Counted from the stretch's first letter, positions 8,206 through 17,785 are shown. The stretch: DNA of 32,000 bases from Geobacter metallireducens GS-15 (GCF_000012925.1 NC_007517.1:2040001-2072000), one strand, 5' to 3'. Numbers and translations: made by a program. Notes: a model not told the origin generated them from the letters alone.

Positions 8206-9225
8206 TTAACAGCACCCCTTCAGATACTGCTTGGCGACCAAAGCCGCCTCTTGGGACCGTCCGGTTGTCTCCAGAAGTCCCACCAGCCTCTCAGCCGCTT
8301 CCCGTTTGAGAGGCGTTGAAAGAAGTTGCGAAAACTGGGCAATGGCTCGATCGCTCTCTCCCTGCACCCGATATATTTCACCCAGGAACATCCCTGCCTG
8401 ATCAGGCAATATGTCCCGCTCAACCATCCGTTCCAGAAGAGGCACCGCTTCGGTAAAGCGGCCATTTTCCGTCAGCAACTGCACCAGGCTGAGGTTGCAG
8501 AGAGGATTAGTGTCGTTCAAAGCAAGCGCCCGACGCAACAGGGTCTCGCAACGGCGCCCGTCCCCTCCCTGATGCGAGAGAATTGCCAATTCATAAAGAA
8601 GAATGTCGCTCTCTCCGGAGGCCAACAACCGCTCGAACACCTTTTCAGCAGTCATCTGGTCACCGCCGTGGGCTGCCAGATACCCTCCTGCAAATTCCTC
8701 TCCCAGATCAGCATAACGTTCGGGCAAATCACCCGGCAACGGACGAACAAGGAGCTCGAACCGGTCCATGTCATTCAAACCATCGTCTTCAAGCTCAATG
8801 TTTTCGGAATGTTGCGACGTTGATCCGCCACAGCCGCCACACCCCCCCTTTTTCTCATGGTGATGCACATGGGGGATTTGCTTTTCCAGAAGCGCAAAAG
8901 ACTTTACCGCCTTGTCCCTTATGGTTACGTCATCTGCCAGATCGAGAGTCAAATTAAGGTGTTCCTCGGCTTTGGCAAACTCTCCACTTTTCAGGCAATG
9001 TTCCGCCTCCTGAAGATTCATCTCGGCGAGACGGTTTCCCGCCACAACCATTTTCTCTCTGATGACGGCAGCCGTGGTCGCGCCTTCGGGAGAATGAGCA
9101 TCAAGCCGCTCAAGGGCGTCCTCCAGGGAAAGCCGTGCTTCAGCAAAGCGGCCGGCAGCCAGGAGCTTTTCGCCTTTTTCCAGACATGACGCTGCATCCT
9201 TCCGGAATAACTTGGAAAAAAACAT
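8206..9225 (-). CDS. TPR-repeat protein with central His/Cys-Gly-rich insert
   Basis: 339 aa. AGGAGGA Shine-Dalgarno 7 nt upstream of ATG 9225. Helical repeat pattern on both sides of HVHHHEKKGGCGGCGGSTSQH. Confidence 0.7.
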   Translation of the reverse strand: MFFSKLFRKDAASCLEKGEKLLAAGRFAEARLSLEDALERLDAHSPEGATTAAVIREKMVVAGNRLAEMNLQEAEHCLKSGEFAKAEEHLNLTLDLADDVTIRDKAVKSFALLEKQIPHVHHHEKKGGCGGCGGSTSQHSENIELEDDGLNDMDRFELLVRPLPGDLPERYADLGEEFAGGYLAAHGGDQMTAEKVFERLLASGESDILLYELAILSHQGGDGRRCETLLRRALALNDTNPLCNLSLVQLLTENGRFTEAVPLLERMVERDILPDQAGMFLGEIYRVQGESDRAIAQFSQLLSTPLKREAAERLVGLLETTGRSQEAALVAKQYLKGCC

Positions 9226-9287
9226 GATGGATCCTCCTGTTCGTTAAATCGTGAACGTATGGGGAAGTCTGTTAAAACGGCCAGGGA

Positions 9288-10610
9288 TCAGTCGGCTCTA
9301 CTCAGCAAGGTGACACTTTCAATATGGAACGTTTGGGGGAACATGTCGACGGGGAGGCATTCGCGGACATCGTAACCGGACTTGCGGAAGAGCCCGAGAT
9401 CCCTTCCCAGGGTGGCAGGGTCGCAGGAAACATAGACAACCCGCTCCGGCCTGAGGGAGGTCACCTCTGTCACCGCCTCTTTGGCGCCGGTCCGCGGAGG
9501 GTCGAGAACAACCACCGAATAGTGTTTCTCACGGGAGACAAGCTGACGCACTCCAGCGGCGGCATCGGAACGGATGAACTCGATCTTTCCTGCACCGTTG
9601 GCCGCTGCATTGCGCCTTGCATCTTCCAGTGAGGGGCCATAGTCTTCGATCCCCACAACTGCCATGGCATATCGGGACAGAGGAATGGCAAAGTTGCCGT
9701 TGCCACAGAACAGGTCCAGCAACCGTTCTTCCCCGGTCAGATCCGCCATTCGATGAACCGCGCGCAGCAGTTCCCGGTTCTGACGGTAATTGACCTGAGA
9801 GAAGCCGCCTCGGCTGAAGCTCAGGGTCATGGAGGGAAGTTTCGGCAAGAAGTCGCCAGGGAAGCGGTAGGTGAGAGCATCATCCCCCCAGAGGGGTTCA
9901 ATGCTTTCCTTTCGGCCGCACTGAAGATGGAGTCCACCCACCGCTGGGAGATCACTACGGCAGGCGGTAAAATGCGCCCGTGCACGATCTCGATTGTCGC
10001 CGATATAATGCACTACGGCCAAGGTGACGCCGTCATCTCCCACGGCCACGTCCACTTGGGGAATACGGTCGGGCTCAGCGAAACAACTGATGACAGGGCG
10101 AATCTCCGCCAATACCTGATTGAGGGCCGAATTGCAGATAGCGCACCCTTCGGGGATATCCACGACATAGTGGGATCCGCGGCGGTAGAAGCCCATCTGG
10201 AGCTTTCCGGCGGTCCAGCGCACCTTGAACTGGACCCGTGAGCGGTAGCCGTAGGGGGAGTCGGAGGGAACAGCCCTGGCGACCCGCTCCGACTCAATCC
10301 GACCGAAACGCCAGAGGGTGTCGCCAACAATTCGTTCCTTCGCCTCAAGCTGGTCATCGTAGGAAAGATGCTGCCATGTGCATCCGCCACAGATGCCAAA
10401 AACCGGACACAGGGGAACCACTCTGCGTGGTGATGCTTCAAGGAGCTCGACGATTTCCCCTTCAAGATAGGAGTTCTTTACCAGGCTCAGCCGTATGCGG
10501 GCAAGGTCATCCGGCGCGGTGAACGGTACGAAACAGGCTTTCCCCTCGACACGGCCGAAGCCGGCTCCACCGAAAGCCAGGGACTCAATCCGGACAACGG
10601 CTTCAGTCAT
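9288..10610 (-). CDS. TRAM-domain 23S rRNA (uracil-C5)-methyltransferase, RumA/RlmD-like
   Basis: 440 aa. Cys cluster [17 protein letters not shown] motif [15 protein letters not shown], and catalytic [15 protein letters not shown]. Confidence 0.85.
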   Translation of the reverse strand: MTEAVVRIESLAFGGAGFGRVEGKACFVPFTAPDDLARIRLSLVKNSYLEGEIVELLEASPRRVVPLCPVFGICGGCTWQHLSYDDQLEAKERIVGDTLWRFGRIESERVARAVPSDSPYGYRSRVQFKVRWTAGKLQMGFYRRGSHYVVDIPEGCAICNSALNQVLAEIRPVISCFAEPDRIPQVDVAVGDDGVTLAVVHYIGDNRDRARAHFTACRSDLPAVGGLHLQCGRKESIEPLWGDDALTYRFPGDFLPKLPSMTLSFSRGGFSQVNYRQNRELLRAVHRMADLTGEERLLDLFCGNGNFAIPLSRYAMAVVGIEDYGPSLEDARRNAAANGAGKIEFIRSDAAAGVRQLVSREKHYSVVVLDPPRTGAKEAVTEVTSLRPERVVYVSCDPATLGRDLGLFRKSGYDVRECLPVDMFPQTFHIESVTLLSRAD

Positions 10611-11001
10611 GGTGATACGCCGTGATGCGGGCAGAAAGATTGCGCTTATTTCGAGCCCTCGCGAGCTCAGTCATGAGGAATTTGCGCGGAAAGTCAGACG
10701 CGGAAAAATAAGGAAGCGAATGGGAGATAAAATTGCCGATGAGCTGTTCAGTCACGGTAGCGATGGCGGTGGAGGGAACACCCATCTGCTCCACGGTGCG
10801 TCGGTACATGGCGGGATCCCCGACAAGACGTCGCACCTCCTCAATCTCCACATGTTCATCGAAATAGTCGGGGCACAGGGGGACTACACAGACAATCTCG
10901 ACTTTCACCAGGTAAAAATCGCCATAATAGAGACGGGTGTGGTCAAAAAAACGGACAACCAGACTGTTTTCAAGGGTCATTTCCCTGATCAAGCTCGCCA
11001 T
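10603..11001 (-). CDS. hypothetical protein (132 aa)
   Basis: ORF with an ATG start and an 8-nt overlap with the start of the downstream methyltransferase gene. No domain recognised by eye. Confidence 0.55.
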   Translation of the reverse strand: MASLIREMTLENSLVVRFFDHTRLYYGDFYLVKVEIVCVVPLCPDYFDEHVEIEEVRRLVGDPAMYRRTVEQMGVPSTAIATVTEQLIGNFISHSLPYFSASDFPRKFLMTELARARNKRNLSARITAYHHD

Positions 11002-11153
11002 GCTGCGTTAAACCTTCCCTGTAATCGAGTTTATTGGTGAAATTATTACATACTACGCCTTCAGTTCTGAAGTAAAGGCGTTTGTCGCCCTACAGCATGC
11101 TGCCAATACGATATATAGAAGCGGTCAAGCTCGCGAAGCACAAGGAAAACGGC

Positions 11154-11182
11154 TTGCATTTTCCACGGATAGCGGGTAAGTT
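11154..11182 (+). promoter_or_regulatory. candidate sigma70 promoter for infA (TTGCAT-N17-TAAGTT)
   Basis: Read directly. It lies about 55 nt upstream of the infA ATG and inside the rejected N-terminal extension of the track ORF. Confidence 0.35.
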
Positions 11183-11237
11183 AGCGAAGTTTTACACGTC
11201 AATCTATTTATCTGCACCAAGGAGCGCTAACAAACCC

Positions 11238-11456
11238 ATGAGTAAAGAAGAAGCCATAGAAGTCGAAGGTACAGTCATCGAACCCCTCCCTAACGCCATG
11301 TTCCGGGTCGAACTGGAAAACGGCCACGTGGTACTGGCCCACATCTCAGGCAAGATGCGCAAGTATTTCATAAAGATTCTTCCGGGAGACAAGGTAACCG
11401 TGGAGCTTTCTCCTTACGACCTTAGCCGGGGCCGTATCACATACCGCGCCAAGTAA
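11238..11456 (+). CDS. infA: translation initiation factor IF-1
   Basis: [72 protein letters not shown] (72 aa) is canonical IF-1. AAGGAG lies 14 nt upstream of ATG 11238. The track's 52-aa extension is rejected. Confidence 0.95.
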   Translation: MSKEEAIEVEGTVIEPLPNAMFRVELENGHVVLAHISGKMRKYFIKILPGDKVTVELSPYDLSRGRITYRAK

Positions 11457-11467
11457 TCCTTCCTCCA

Positions 11468-11508
11468 CGCTTCTGCGGTGGGAGTCAGGCTCTTTCCCCG
11501 CAGAAGCG
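11468..11508 (+). terminator. stem-loop after infA (11-bp perfect stem, 19-nt loop, weak U-tract)
   Basis: cgcttctgcgg (11468..11478) pairs with ccgcagaagcg (11498..11508). It begins 12 nt after the infA stop. The trailing sequence CCTTATCCCTATTA is only moderately U-rich. Confidence 0.35.
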
Positions 11509-11756
11509 CCTTATCCCTATTACCTGCCGTAACTGATTCGGGCAAACGTGCCCGACCCTGCAACCAAGGGTCAAGAGCGCATCTCAAATAGCCTGAGAAC
11601 ATGTTCACCTCTCTATGCCCGGCAGACCGTTGCATTGCTCTGATCGGTAGCCATGATCGTGTTGCGTCATCTTGCCATTTTTTACTTAACATCCAATCAA
11701 TTATGGTGTAAAAAAGTACGTTTTTTGCAGATAACACCAACAAAAGGGGCTCACGT

Positions 11757-12320
11757 ATGTATACTGTGGCAGATTTAAAAAAAGGACTGAAAATAACCCT
11801 CGACGGCGATCCCTATCTTGTCACCGCCTTCGAGTTCTCCAAGCCGGGCAAGGGCCAGGCCCTGTACCGCACCAAGATGCGCAACATGATTACCGGCACT
11901 ACCCTCGATCGGACCTACCGTTCCGGCGAGACCTTCGAACCGGCCCGTCTTGAAGAGCGCCAGATGCAGTACCTCTACAAGGAAGACAACCACTATACAT
12001 TCATGGACAACCAGACCTTCGAGCAGGTCCAGATGAGCGAGGACGCCGTAGGCGATGCAAAGAACTTCATGATCGACAACATCCAGGTCGATGTTCTGAT
12101 GTTTGGGGAAAAGGCCATAGGCGTATCCCTTCCCAACTTCGTCAATCTCCGCGTCGTCCAGACCGACCCGTGGGTCAAGGGTGACACCTCCGGCAGTGAC
12201 TCCAAGCCAGCCACTGTGGAAACCGGCTACGTCCTGCGCGTACCCCCCTTCATAGAGGAAGGCGAGATGATTGTGGTCGACACCCGCACCGGTGATTACT
12301 CCACGAGGGTCAAGGGGTAA
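11757..12320 (+). CDS. efp: elongation factor P
   Basis: 187 aa. MYTVADLKKGLKITLDGDPYLVTAFEFSKPGKGQALYRTKMRN contains the conserved KPGKGQA loop with the modifiable Lys. Confidence 0.95.
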   Translation: MYTVADLKKGLKITLDGDPYLVTAFEFSKPGKGQALYRTKMRNMITGTTLDRTYRSGETFEPARLEERQMQYLYKEDNHYTFMDNQTFEQVQMSEDAVGDAKNFMIDNIQVDVLMFGEKAIGVSLPNFVNLRVVQTDPWVKGDTSGSDSKPATVETGYVLRVPPFIEEGEMIVVDTRTGDYSTRVKG

Positions 12321-12324
12321 GCCG

Positions 12325-13248
12325 ATGACGGCAAACTGGCGCCTTGCCCGCCGCCATGGAGCGCTCCGGGCACGGGCCCGCATCATACAGGAAATAAGAC
12401 GCTTTTTTATTGAAGGGGGGTATCTCGAAGTGGAGACCCCCCTTCGCATTCCTGCTTGTGCGCCCGAGTCCCACATTGACCCGGTGCCGGCGGACGGCTG
12501 GTTCCTCCAGACCTCTCCCGAAATCTGTATGAAACGGATGTTGGCGGCGGGTTACGAGCGGTTATTCCAGATCTCCCACTGCTGGCGCGCCGGTGAGCGG
12601 GGAAGAATGCATGTCCCGGAGTTCACCATGCTTGAGTGGTATCGGGCAGGTACAGACTATCGGGGGGTGATGGATGAAACCGAGTTGCTGATAAGGTTCG
12701 TGGCTGAAGGGGCGGGATTCGGCGGGCCACTTTCGTTCCGTGGCAAGGAGATCGACATTACCGCTGTGTGGGAGCGGATCACCGTGCGTGACGCGTTTGT
12801 CAGATATGGTGGAATAACCATGGATGAGGCCCTTGAAAGGGACATCTTCGACGAGATGATGGTCGAACAAATCGAACCGCGTCTCGGCATCGGCCGTCCC
12901 ACGTTCATCCATGACTACCCTTCCTGCCGCAGCGCCCTGGCGCGGCTAAAGAAAGACGATCCAGCCGTTGCAGAGCGATTCGAGCTTTATCTTGGTGGTG
13001 TAGAGATTGCCAATGCCTTTTCTGAGCTGACCGACCCAGTGGAGCAGCGCGCCCGCTTTGAAAGCGAAAACGCCTTCCGTACCTCCCGGGGGCAGACGTC
13101 CACTCCCCTCCCCGAGAAGTTCCTTGCCGAACTGACTGCCATGCCCCAGGCGGCCGGAATCGCCCTCGGCATCGACCGGCTCGTGATGGTGTTGCTTGAT
13201 GCCGACACCATTGACGACGTGGTGGCGTTTCCCCCTGAGGAACTGTAA
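12325..13248 (+). CDS. epmA: EF-P lysine aminoacylase (GenX/PoxA, truncated class II LysRS-like)
   Basis: Start ATG 12325, 5 nt after the efp stop. Class II aaRS motifs YLEVETP, RMHVPEFTMLEWY and GIALGIDRLVMVL. No anticodon-binding domain. Confidence 0.85.
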   Translation: MTANWRLARRHGALRARARIIQEIRRFFIEGGYLEVETPLRIPACAPESHIDPVPADGWFLQTSPEICMKRMLAAGYERLFQISHCWRAGERGRMHVPEFTMLEWYRAGTDYRGVMDETELLIRFVAEGAGFGGPLSFRGKEIDITAVWERITVRDAFVRYGGITMDEALERDIFDEMMVEQIEPRLGIGRPTFIHDYPSCRSALARLKKDDPAVAERFELYLGGVEIANAFSELTDPVEQRARFESENAFRTSRGQTSTPLPEKFLAELTAMPQAAGIALGIDRLVMVLLDADTIDDVVAFPPEEL

Positions 13249-13260
13249 CTCCCCTCCCCC

Positions 13261-14295
13261 TCACCGATCCTGGTATTCGACAATCTCTCCCCGGTAGTTC
13301 CGTAACAGCCACGTATCACCCCGCCGCTCCACGGCATCGGGGAGAAGCGGTATCTTCCCCTTTCCACCCGCCGCATCAATGACAAAGTAGGGTGTCGCCA
13401 TCCCTGAGGTATGCCCCCGCAAAGCCCCTATGATATCGAGCCCCGTTGTCACCTTGGTACGGAAGTGACCGGTTCCCCTAACCAGGTCCATCTGATGGAT
13501 GTAGTACGGCCTTACCCTGATGGCGAGGAGACGCTGCATGAGAAGCGTCATAATCGCCGGCTCATCATTGACGCCGGCAAGGAGCACCGTCTGGTTGCCC
13601 AGGGGAATGCCGGTGTCTGCCAGACGGGCACAGGCCTTGGTCGCCTCGGGAGTGATCTCTCGCGGATGGTTGAAATGGGTATTGACGTAGAGGGGGTGGT
13701 AACGTTTGAGCATTCGACAGAGCCGTGCCGTAATCCTTTCCGGCAGGGTTACGGGGGTACGGGTGCCGATCCGAATCATCTCCACGTGGGGAATGGCGCG
13801 CAGGCGTGCCAGGATCGCTTCGAGTCGCTCATCATCCAGAAGCAGCGGATCTCCCCCGGACAGGATCACGTCCCGTATGGCCGGTGTCGCCGCGATGTAC
13901 CTGACCGCATCATCCCCGGAACGCCCGTTGCTCCCCGCCAGCGGGCATCCCACCCGGCGCTTCCGCATGCAAAAACGGCAGTAGACGGCACACTCGTTGG
14001 AAACGAGCCAGACGACCCGGTCGGGATAGCGGTGAATAACGCCGGGAACAGGCGAAAGCCGTTCCTCGTCAAGGGGATCGGAAAGCTGATCGTCATCGAG
14101 CTCACATGGGTCAGGGACGCATTGGCGCCAGATCGCATCGCCCGGCTTCCCGATGAGCCCCAGATAGCGCCGCGTAATCCGCAGTGGATAACGCCGGACA
14201 AGCGGCGCAAGGGGTTCGGGATCAATATCCAGAAGCTCCGCAAGCTCCTCGGGGGTGGTTATGCTGTCGGCGATGGCCTTTCGCCACGTTTCCAT
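13261..14295 (-). CDS. epmB: lysine 2,3-aminomutase-like radical SAM protein (KamA/EpmB family)
   Basis: CAVYCRFCMRKRRVG is a CxxxCxxC radical-SAM motif, in the context of efp and epmA. I prefer ATG 14295, which has AAGGAG 9 nt upstream, over the TTG at 14316 used by the track. Confidence 0.8.
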   Translation of the reverse strand: METWRKAIADSITTPEELAELLDIDPEPLAPLVRRYPLRITRRYLGLIGKPGDAIWRQCVPDPCELDDDQLSDPLDEERLSPVPGVIHRYPDRVVWLVSNECAVYCRFCMRKRRVGCPLAGSNGRSGDDAVRYIAATPAIRDVILSGGDPLLLDDERLEAILARLRAIPHVEMIRIGTRTPVTLPERITARLCRMLKRYHPLYVNTHFNHPREITPEATKACARLADTGIPLGNQTVLLAGVNDEPAIMTLLMQRLLAIRVRPYYIHQMDLVRGTGHFRTKVTTGLDIIGALRGHTSGMATPYFVIDAAGGKGKIPLLPDAVERRGDTWLLRNYRGEIVEYQDR

Positions 14296-14310
14296 CTTTA
14301 CGCTCTCCTT

Positions 14311-14346
14311 CCACAAACGGACAAAGGCGGGGAGGAACCCCGCCTT
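14311..14346 (-). terminator. terminator-like hairpin after pyrD, immediately upstream of the epmB SD
   Basis: 9-bp stem aaggcgggg (14324..14332) / ccccgcctt (14338..14346) with a 5-nt loop. The minus-strand tail TGTCCGTTTGTGG is only partly U-rich. Confidence 0.35.
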
Positions 14347-14376
14347 CGCTCACAGAAGCAACTCGTCTGCTGGTTT

Positions 14377-15300
14377 TCAGACCTGCAGTGCGCCGATTAG
14401 CTCCTTCACGTCCGTAATTCCGTTGTTAACCAGATACTGCTCCATTTCCGCCGCAATCCGCTCGGAAGCGGCCGGGTCAAGAAAGTTGGCGGTCCCGACC
14501 TGAACGGCCGTGGCGCCGGCCAGCATGAACTCCAGGGCGTCGGTCCCGGACATGATGCCGCCGATGCCGATCACCGGAATTTTCACCGCCTTAGCCACCT
14601 GCCAGACCATCCTGAGGGCCACCGGTTTCACCGCCGGTCCCGAAAGGCCGCCGGTCACGTTGGCAAGGATGGGCCGCCGGGACTTGAGGTCGATGGCCAT
14701 GCCGGTCAGGGTATTGATGAGGGACAGGGCATCAGCCTCGGCGTCAGCACAGGCCCAGGCCATCTCCACGATGTCGGTGACGTTGGGGGAGAGCTTCACA
14801 ATTACCGGCTTGATGGTGGCCTCCCGTACCGCCTTCACCACCGAATATGCCGCCTTGGGCTCGGTGCCGAAAACGATACCGCCGTGCTTCACATTCGGAC
14901 ACGAGATGTTGATCTCCATCCCGGCCACTTCGGGAATCTTGTCGAGCCGCTCGGCGAGCTCGGCGTATTCCTCGACGGTATTGCCGAAAAAGTTGACGAT
15001 GGCAGGCGTGTTGACGGTGCGGAGAAACGGCACCTTTTTCTCGATAAAGGCATCTATTCCCACATTCTGGAGACCAATAGCGTTCAGCATCCCGCCGGTG
15101 GTTTCCTGGATGCGTGGCGTCGGGTTGCCGGCCTTGGGCTTCAGAGAGAGTCCCTTGGTGATGATGGCGCCGATCTTTTCGAGATTCACGTACGCGGCAA
15201 ATTCTTCGCCGTAGCCGAAAGTCCCCGAAGCGGTCATGACCGGGTTCCTGAGTTTGATTCCCGCTATCTCGACAGAGAGGTCTGGTCTTTTCATTGGCAC
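14377..15300 (-). CDS. pyrD: dihydroorotate dehydrogenase, class 1B catalytic subunit
   Basis: 307 aa. [26 protein letters not shown] and GIGGI motifs. Immediately downstream of pyrK. Confidence 0.92.
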   Translation of the reverse strand: MPMKRPDLSVEIAGIKLRNPVMTASGTFGYGEEFAAYVNLEKIGAIITKGLSLKPKAGNPTPRIQETTGGMLNAIGLQNVGIDAFIEKKVPFLRTVNTPAIVNFFGNTVEEYAELAERLDKIPEVAGMEINISCPNVKHGGIVFGTEPKAAYSVVKAVREATIKPVIVKLSPNVTDIVEMAWACADAEADALSLINTLTGMAIDLKSRRPILANVTGGLSGPAVKPVALRMVWQVAKAVKIPVIGIGGIMSGTDALEFMLAGATAVQVGTANFLDPAASERIAAEMEQYLVNNGITDVKELIGALQV

Positions 15301-15304
15301 TCCA

Positions 15305-16126
15305 CTATACCCACATCAGTTGATCGAAGGCGAACACAGGTCCGTCCTTACAGACGCACCGGTAATCCGGGGTCTCGTCGCCATGGTCCCTGCCCTTCAC
15401 CACGCACCCGAGGCACGCTCCCATGCCGCAGGCCATGTAGGCTTCCAGCGAAACCTGGCAGGAGGTTCCGGTCTGGCGGGCAATCCCGGCGACCGCCTTC
15501 AGCATCGGCATAGGGCCGCAGGCGTAAATGGTCTTCTTTCGTCCGTCCTCGCGGACATGCCGTTCCATGACGTCAGTCACGAGTCCACGGTCTCCAAGGG
15601 TCCCGTCGTCGGTGGAGACGTAGGTCTCAACCCCAAGCCTCTCGAATTCGGTCACACACAGAATGTCATCCCTGGTGCGTCCGCCAAGGAAGAACCGTAC
15701 CCGGGAACGCCCAACCAGGGTTTTTGCCAGGTAATAGAGGGGAGCGATCCCGACGCCTCCGCCCACGAGGATCTTCTCCTCCTCCGGATCGCCCAGGTCA
15801 AAACCGGTACCCAGAGGTGCGATAATGTCAACGTGGTCGCCGTGATGATAGGTGGAAAGCGTTTCGGTCCCCTTCCCCACCACCTTGTAGAGCATTTCAA
15901 GGTACGTGGCGGAACTGCAGCCAGGATATTCGGAGGGGACGGTTCCCACGTCGAAAATGCCGAAGGGGCGCCGCAGCAGCGGATCGATGGCATCGCGAAC
16001 CCGGACCATGACGAACTGCCCGGGCTGCGCCCCGGTCAGTTCCGGGTGAGCGGTAATCCGCATCCGGAAGTAGCCCGGAGAAACTTCCTGGTTGGAAATG
16101 ATTGTCGCTTTAAACTGCATCGGCAC
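15305..16126 (-). CDS. pyrK: dihydroorotate dehydrogenase electron-transfer subunit (FAD / 2Fe-2S)
   Basis: 273 aa. RPFGI FAD-binding motif. C-terminal [13 protein letters not shown]...[11 protein letters not shown] Cys cluster. Confidence 0.9.
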   Translation of the reverse strand: MPMQFKATIISNQEVSPGYFRMRITAHPELTGAQPGQFVMVRVRDAIDPLLRRPFGIFDVGTVPSEYPGCSSATYLEMLYKVVGKGTETLSTYHHGDHVDIIAPLGTGFDLGDPEEEKILVGGGVGIAPLYYLAKTLVGRSRVRFFLGGRTRDDILCVTEFERLGVETYVSTDDGTLGDRGLVTDVMERHVREDGRKKTIYACGPMPMLKAVAGIARQTGTSCQVSLEAYMACGMGACLGCVVKGRDHGDETPDYRCVCKDGPVFAFDQLMWV

Positions 16127-16604
16127 GGCCCTCGCTGTAGTCGATGGTATATTCCATCAAAATGGCATCTTCGCCGTTCTCATAGTAGCCCTTGCGCCGG
16201 CCGGTTTCCCTGAAGCCCAACTGCCGGTAGAGGGTCAACGCAGGGAGATTGGAAACACGCACTTCAAGGCAGACAACTCTGGCACCTTGCGCCCTGAGTT
16301 CGGTGATGGCTCGACGGACAAGCGCTCCGCCGACCCCCTTTCCGCGAGAGCCCAATCGCACCGCCACATCAAGGATTTCCCCCTCATCAAGAACGAGCAG
16401 GGGACAAATGTAACCCGCCACAATACCGTCAGCGGTACGTGCCACAAGGGGATATGAGTGGGGGGAATTGAGCTCGTCGATGAAGTGTTCCCTTGTCCAA
16501 GGGCGCGGGAACGACACTGACTCGATCGCCGTCACCTCGTCGAGGTCGCCGGAGGTCATCTGATGGATTGTATGTACATCCGTAACGCCCATTTTCGACC
16601 GCAT
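16110..16604 (-). CDS. rimI: GNAT acetyltransferase, ribosomal-protein-alanine N-acetyltransferase-like
   Basis: IESVSFPRPWTREHF and RGKGVGGALV acetyl-CoA motif. The 3' end overlaps the pyrK start by 17 nt. The exact start (M1, M5 or M16) is uncertain. Confidence 0.75.
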   Translation of the reverse strand: MRSKMGVTDVHTIHQMTSGDLDEVTAIESVSFPRPWTREHFIDELNSPHSYPLVARTADGIVAGYICPLLVLDEGEILDVAVRLGSRGKGVGGALVRRAITELRAQGARVVCLEVRVSNLPALTLYRQLGFRETGRRKGYYENGEDAILMEYTIDYSEGRADAV

Positions 16605-16668
16605 CTTAAGCGAACGTTACCCCCCTTGTAAACTGATTTTTTGGGCCTTGACGACCACCAGATAGGGT

Positions 16669-16697
16669 TTGACTTTTAACGGTTCATGGGGTAAATT
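16669..16697 (+). promoter_or_regulatory. candidate sigma70 promoter for purMN (TTGACT-N17-TAAATT)
   Basis: Read directly. It lies about 29 nt upstream of the preferred TTG start and is followed by GGGAGG. Confidence 0.45.
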
Positions 16698-16725
16698 TTT
16701 TCGTCATTTCACGGGAGGAAACATT

Positions 16726-17772
16726 TTGGGCGCTAAGGGAATTACCTATAAAGATGCCGGCGTTGACATCGATGCCGGCAATACTTTTGTCAAAATGATC
16801 AAACCGTTCGTGCGGGCCACGTCGAGACCGGAGGTAATCTCCGACATCGGGGGCTTCGGGGGCCTCTTCTCGCTTAACACCAACAAATACAAGAATCCCG
16901 TGCTGGTTTCCGGCACCGACGGCGTTGGCACGAAACTCAAGATAGCCATGATGGCGGACCGCCACGACACGGTCGGGATCGATCTCGTGGCAATGTGCGT
17001 CAACGATATCGTTGTCCAGGGTGCCGAACCGCTCTTCTTCCTCGACTACTTTGCCACCGGCAGCCTCTCGCCGGAGCGCGGCGCCGCTGTCGTCAAGGGG
17101 ATTTCCGAAGGATGCATCCAGGCAGGATGCGCTCTCATTGGCGGCGAGACGGCCGAGATGCCCGGATTCTATCAGGACGGCGAGTACGACCTGGCAGGCT
17201 TCACCGTCGGTGTTGTGGATCGGGACAAGATCATTGACGGATCTTCCATCACCGTCGGTAATACCCTCATCGGCCTCGCCTCAAGCGGCCTCCACAGCAA
17301 CGGCTACTCCCTGGCCCGCAAAATCATTTTCGATACCCTTGGGTTTGGCATCAACGACATGCTTCCCGGACACGATCGGAGCGTTGCCGATGAACTGCTC
17401 ACCCCGACCCGGATTTATGTAAAGTCAGTTCTCAATCTTCTCCGGGACTTCCGGGTAAACGGCATCGCCCACATCACGGGAGGCGGGCTCCTGGAAAACG
17501 TTCCCCGCATTCTCCCCAAGGGATGCAAGGCGATCATACGACGCGACAGCTGGACCATGCCCGAGATATTCCGCATCCTGCAGAACGGCGGGAATATGGA
17601 GTGGACCGAGATGTATCGCACCTTCAACTGCGGCATCGGTATGGTTCTGGCTGTTCCCGAGAACGATGTGGACGAAGTCCTCATACGCCTCTCGGGACTC
17701 CAAGAGAAGGCTTTCGTCATCGGCGAAGTGGCCAAGTGTGAGGCCGGCACCGAGTCGGTGGAAATGATCTAA
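16726..17772 (+). CDS. purM: phosphoribosylformylglycinamidine cyclo-ligase (AIR synthetase)
   Basis: KDAGVDIDAGN, GGFGGLF and GTDGVGTKL motifs. I prefer TTG 16726 (GGGAGG 9 nt upstream) because the track start at 16669 lies inside a good TTGACT-N17-TAAATT promoter. Confidence 0.88.
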   Translation: MGAKGITYKDAGVDIDAGNTFVKMIKPFVRATSRPEVISDIGGFGGLFSLNTNKYKNPVLVSGTDGVGTKLKIAMMADRHDTVGIDLVAMCVNDIVVQGAEPLFFLDYFATGSLSPERGAAVVKGISEGCIQAGCALIGGETAEMPGFYQDGEYDLAGFTVGVVDRDKIIDGSSITVGNTLIGLASSGLHSNGYSLARKIIFDTLGFGINDMLPGHDRSVADELLTPTRIYVKSVLNLLRDFRVNGIAHITGGGLLENVPRILPKGCKAIIRRDSWTMPEIFRILQNGGNMEWTEMYRTFNCGIGMVLAVPENDVDEVLIRLSGLQEKAFVIGEVAKCEAGTESVEMI

Positions 17773-17785
17773 ACGGTTAATTCCC

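Noticed and set aside
11082-11237. N-terminal extensions offered by the ORF track: infA (shown here), ihfB 8096..8215, purM 16669..16725, ftsE 30167..30187, ftsX 29509..29523, lipoprotein 5520..5588 and exported protein 6114..6149
   Set aside because: In each case an internal start has a proper SD and yields the canonical family N-terminus or a signal peptide. Several of the extensions overlap candidate promoters.
11414-11743. 109-aa minus-strand ORF in the infA-efp spacer
   Set aside because: It overlaps the infA 3' end and has no SD. It has no motif or transmembrane/signal pattern, and its composition is not protein-like (Arg/Leu/Ser-rich).
11775-12476. 233-aa minus-strand ORF antisense to efp/epmA
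   Set aside because: It overlaps two canonical genes completely and has an antisense-type composition.
13411-14400. 329-aa plus-strand ORF antisense to epmB and the pyrD 3' end
   Set aside because: Same reasoning: the opposite strand carries a radical-SAM gene with clear motifs, and this frame is Arg/Pro/Gly-rich with no domain signature.
15236-16213. 325-aa plus-strand ORF antisense to pyrK/rimI, and the 209/234-aa ORFs antisense to pyrD
   Set aside because: These are shadow ORFs of strongly supported genes. They have no independent start signals.
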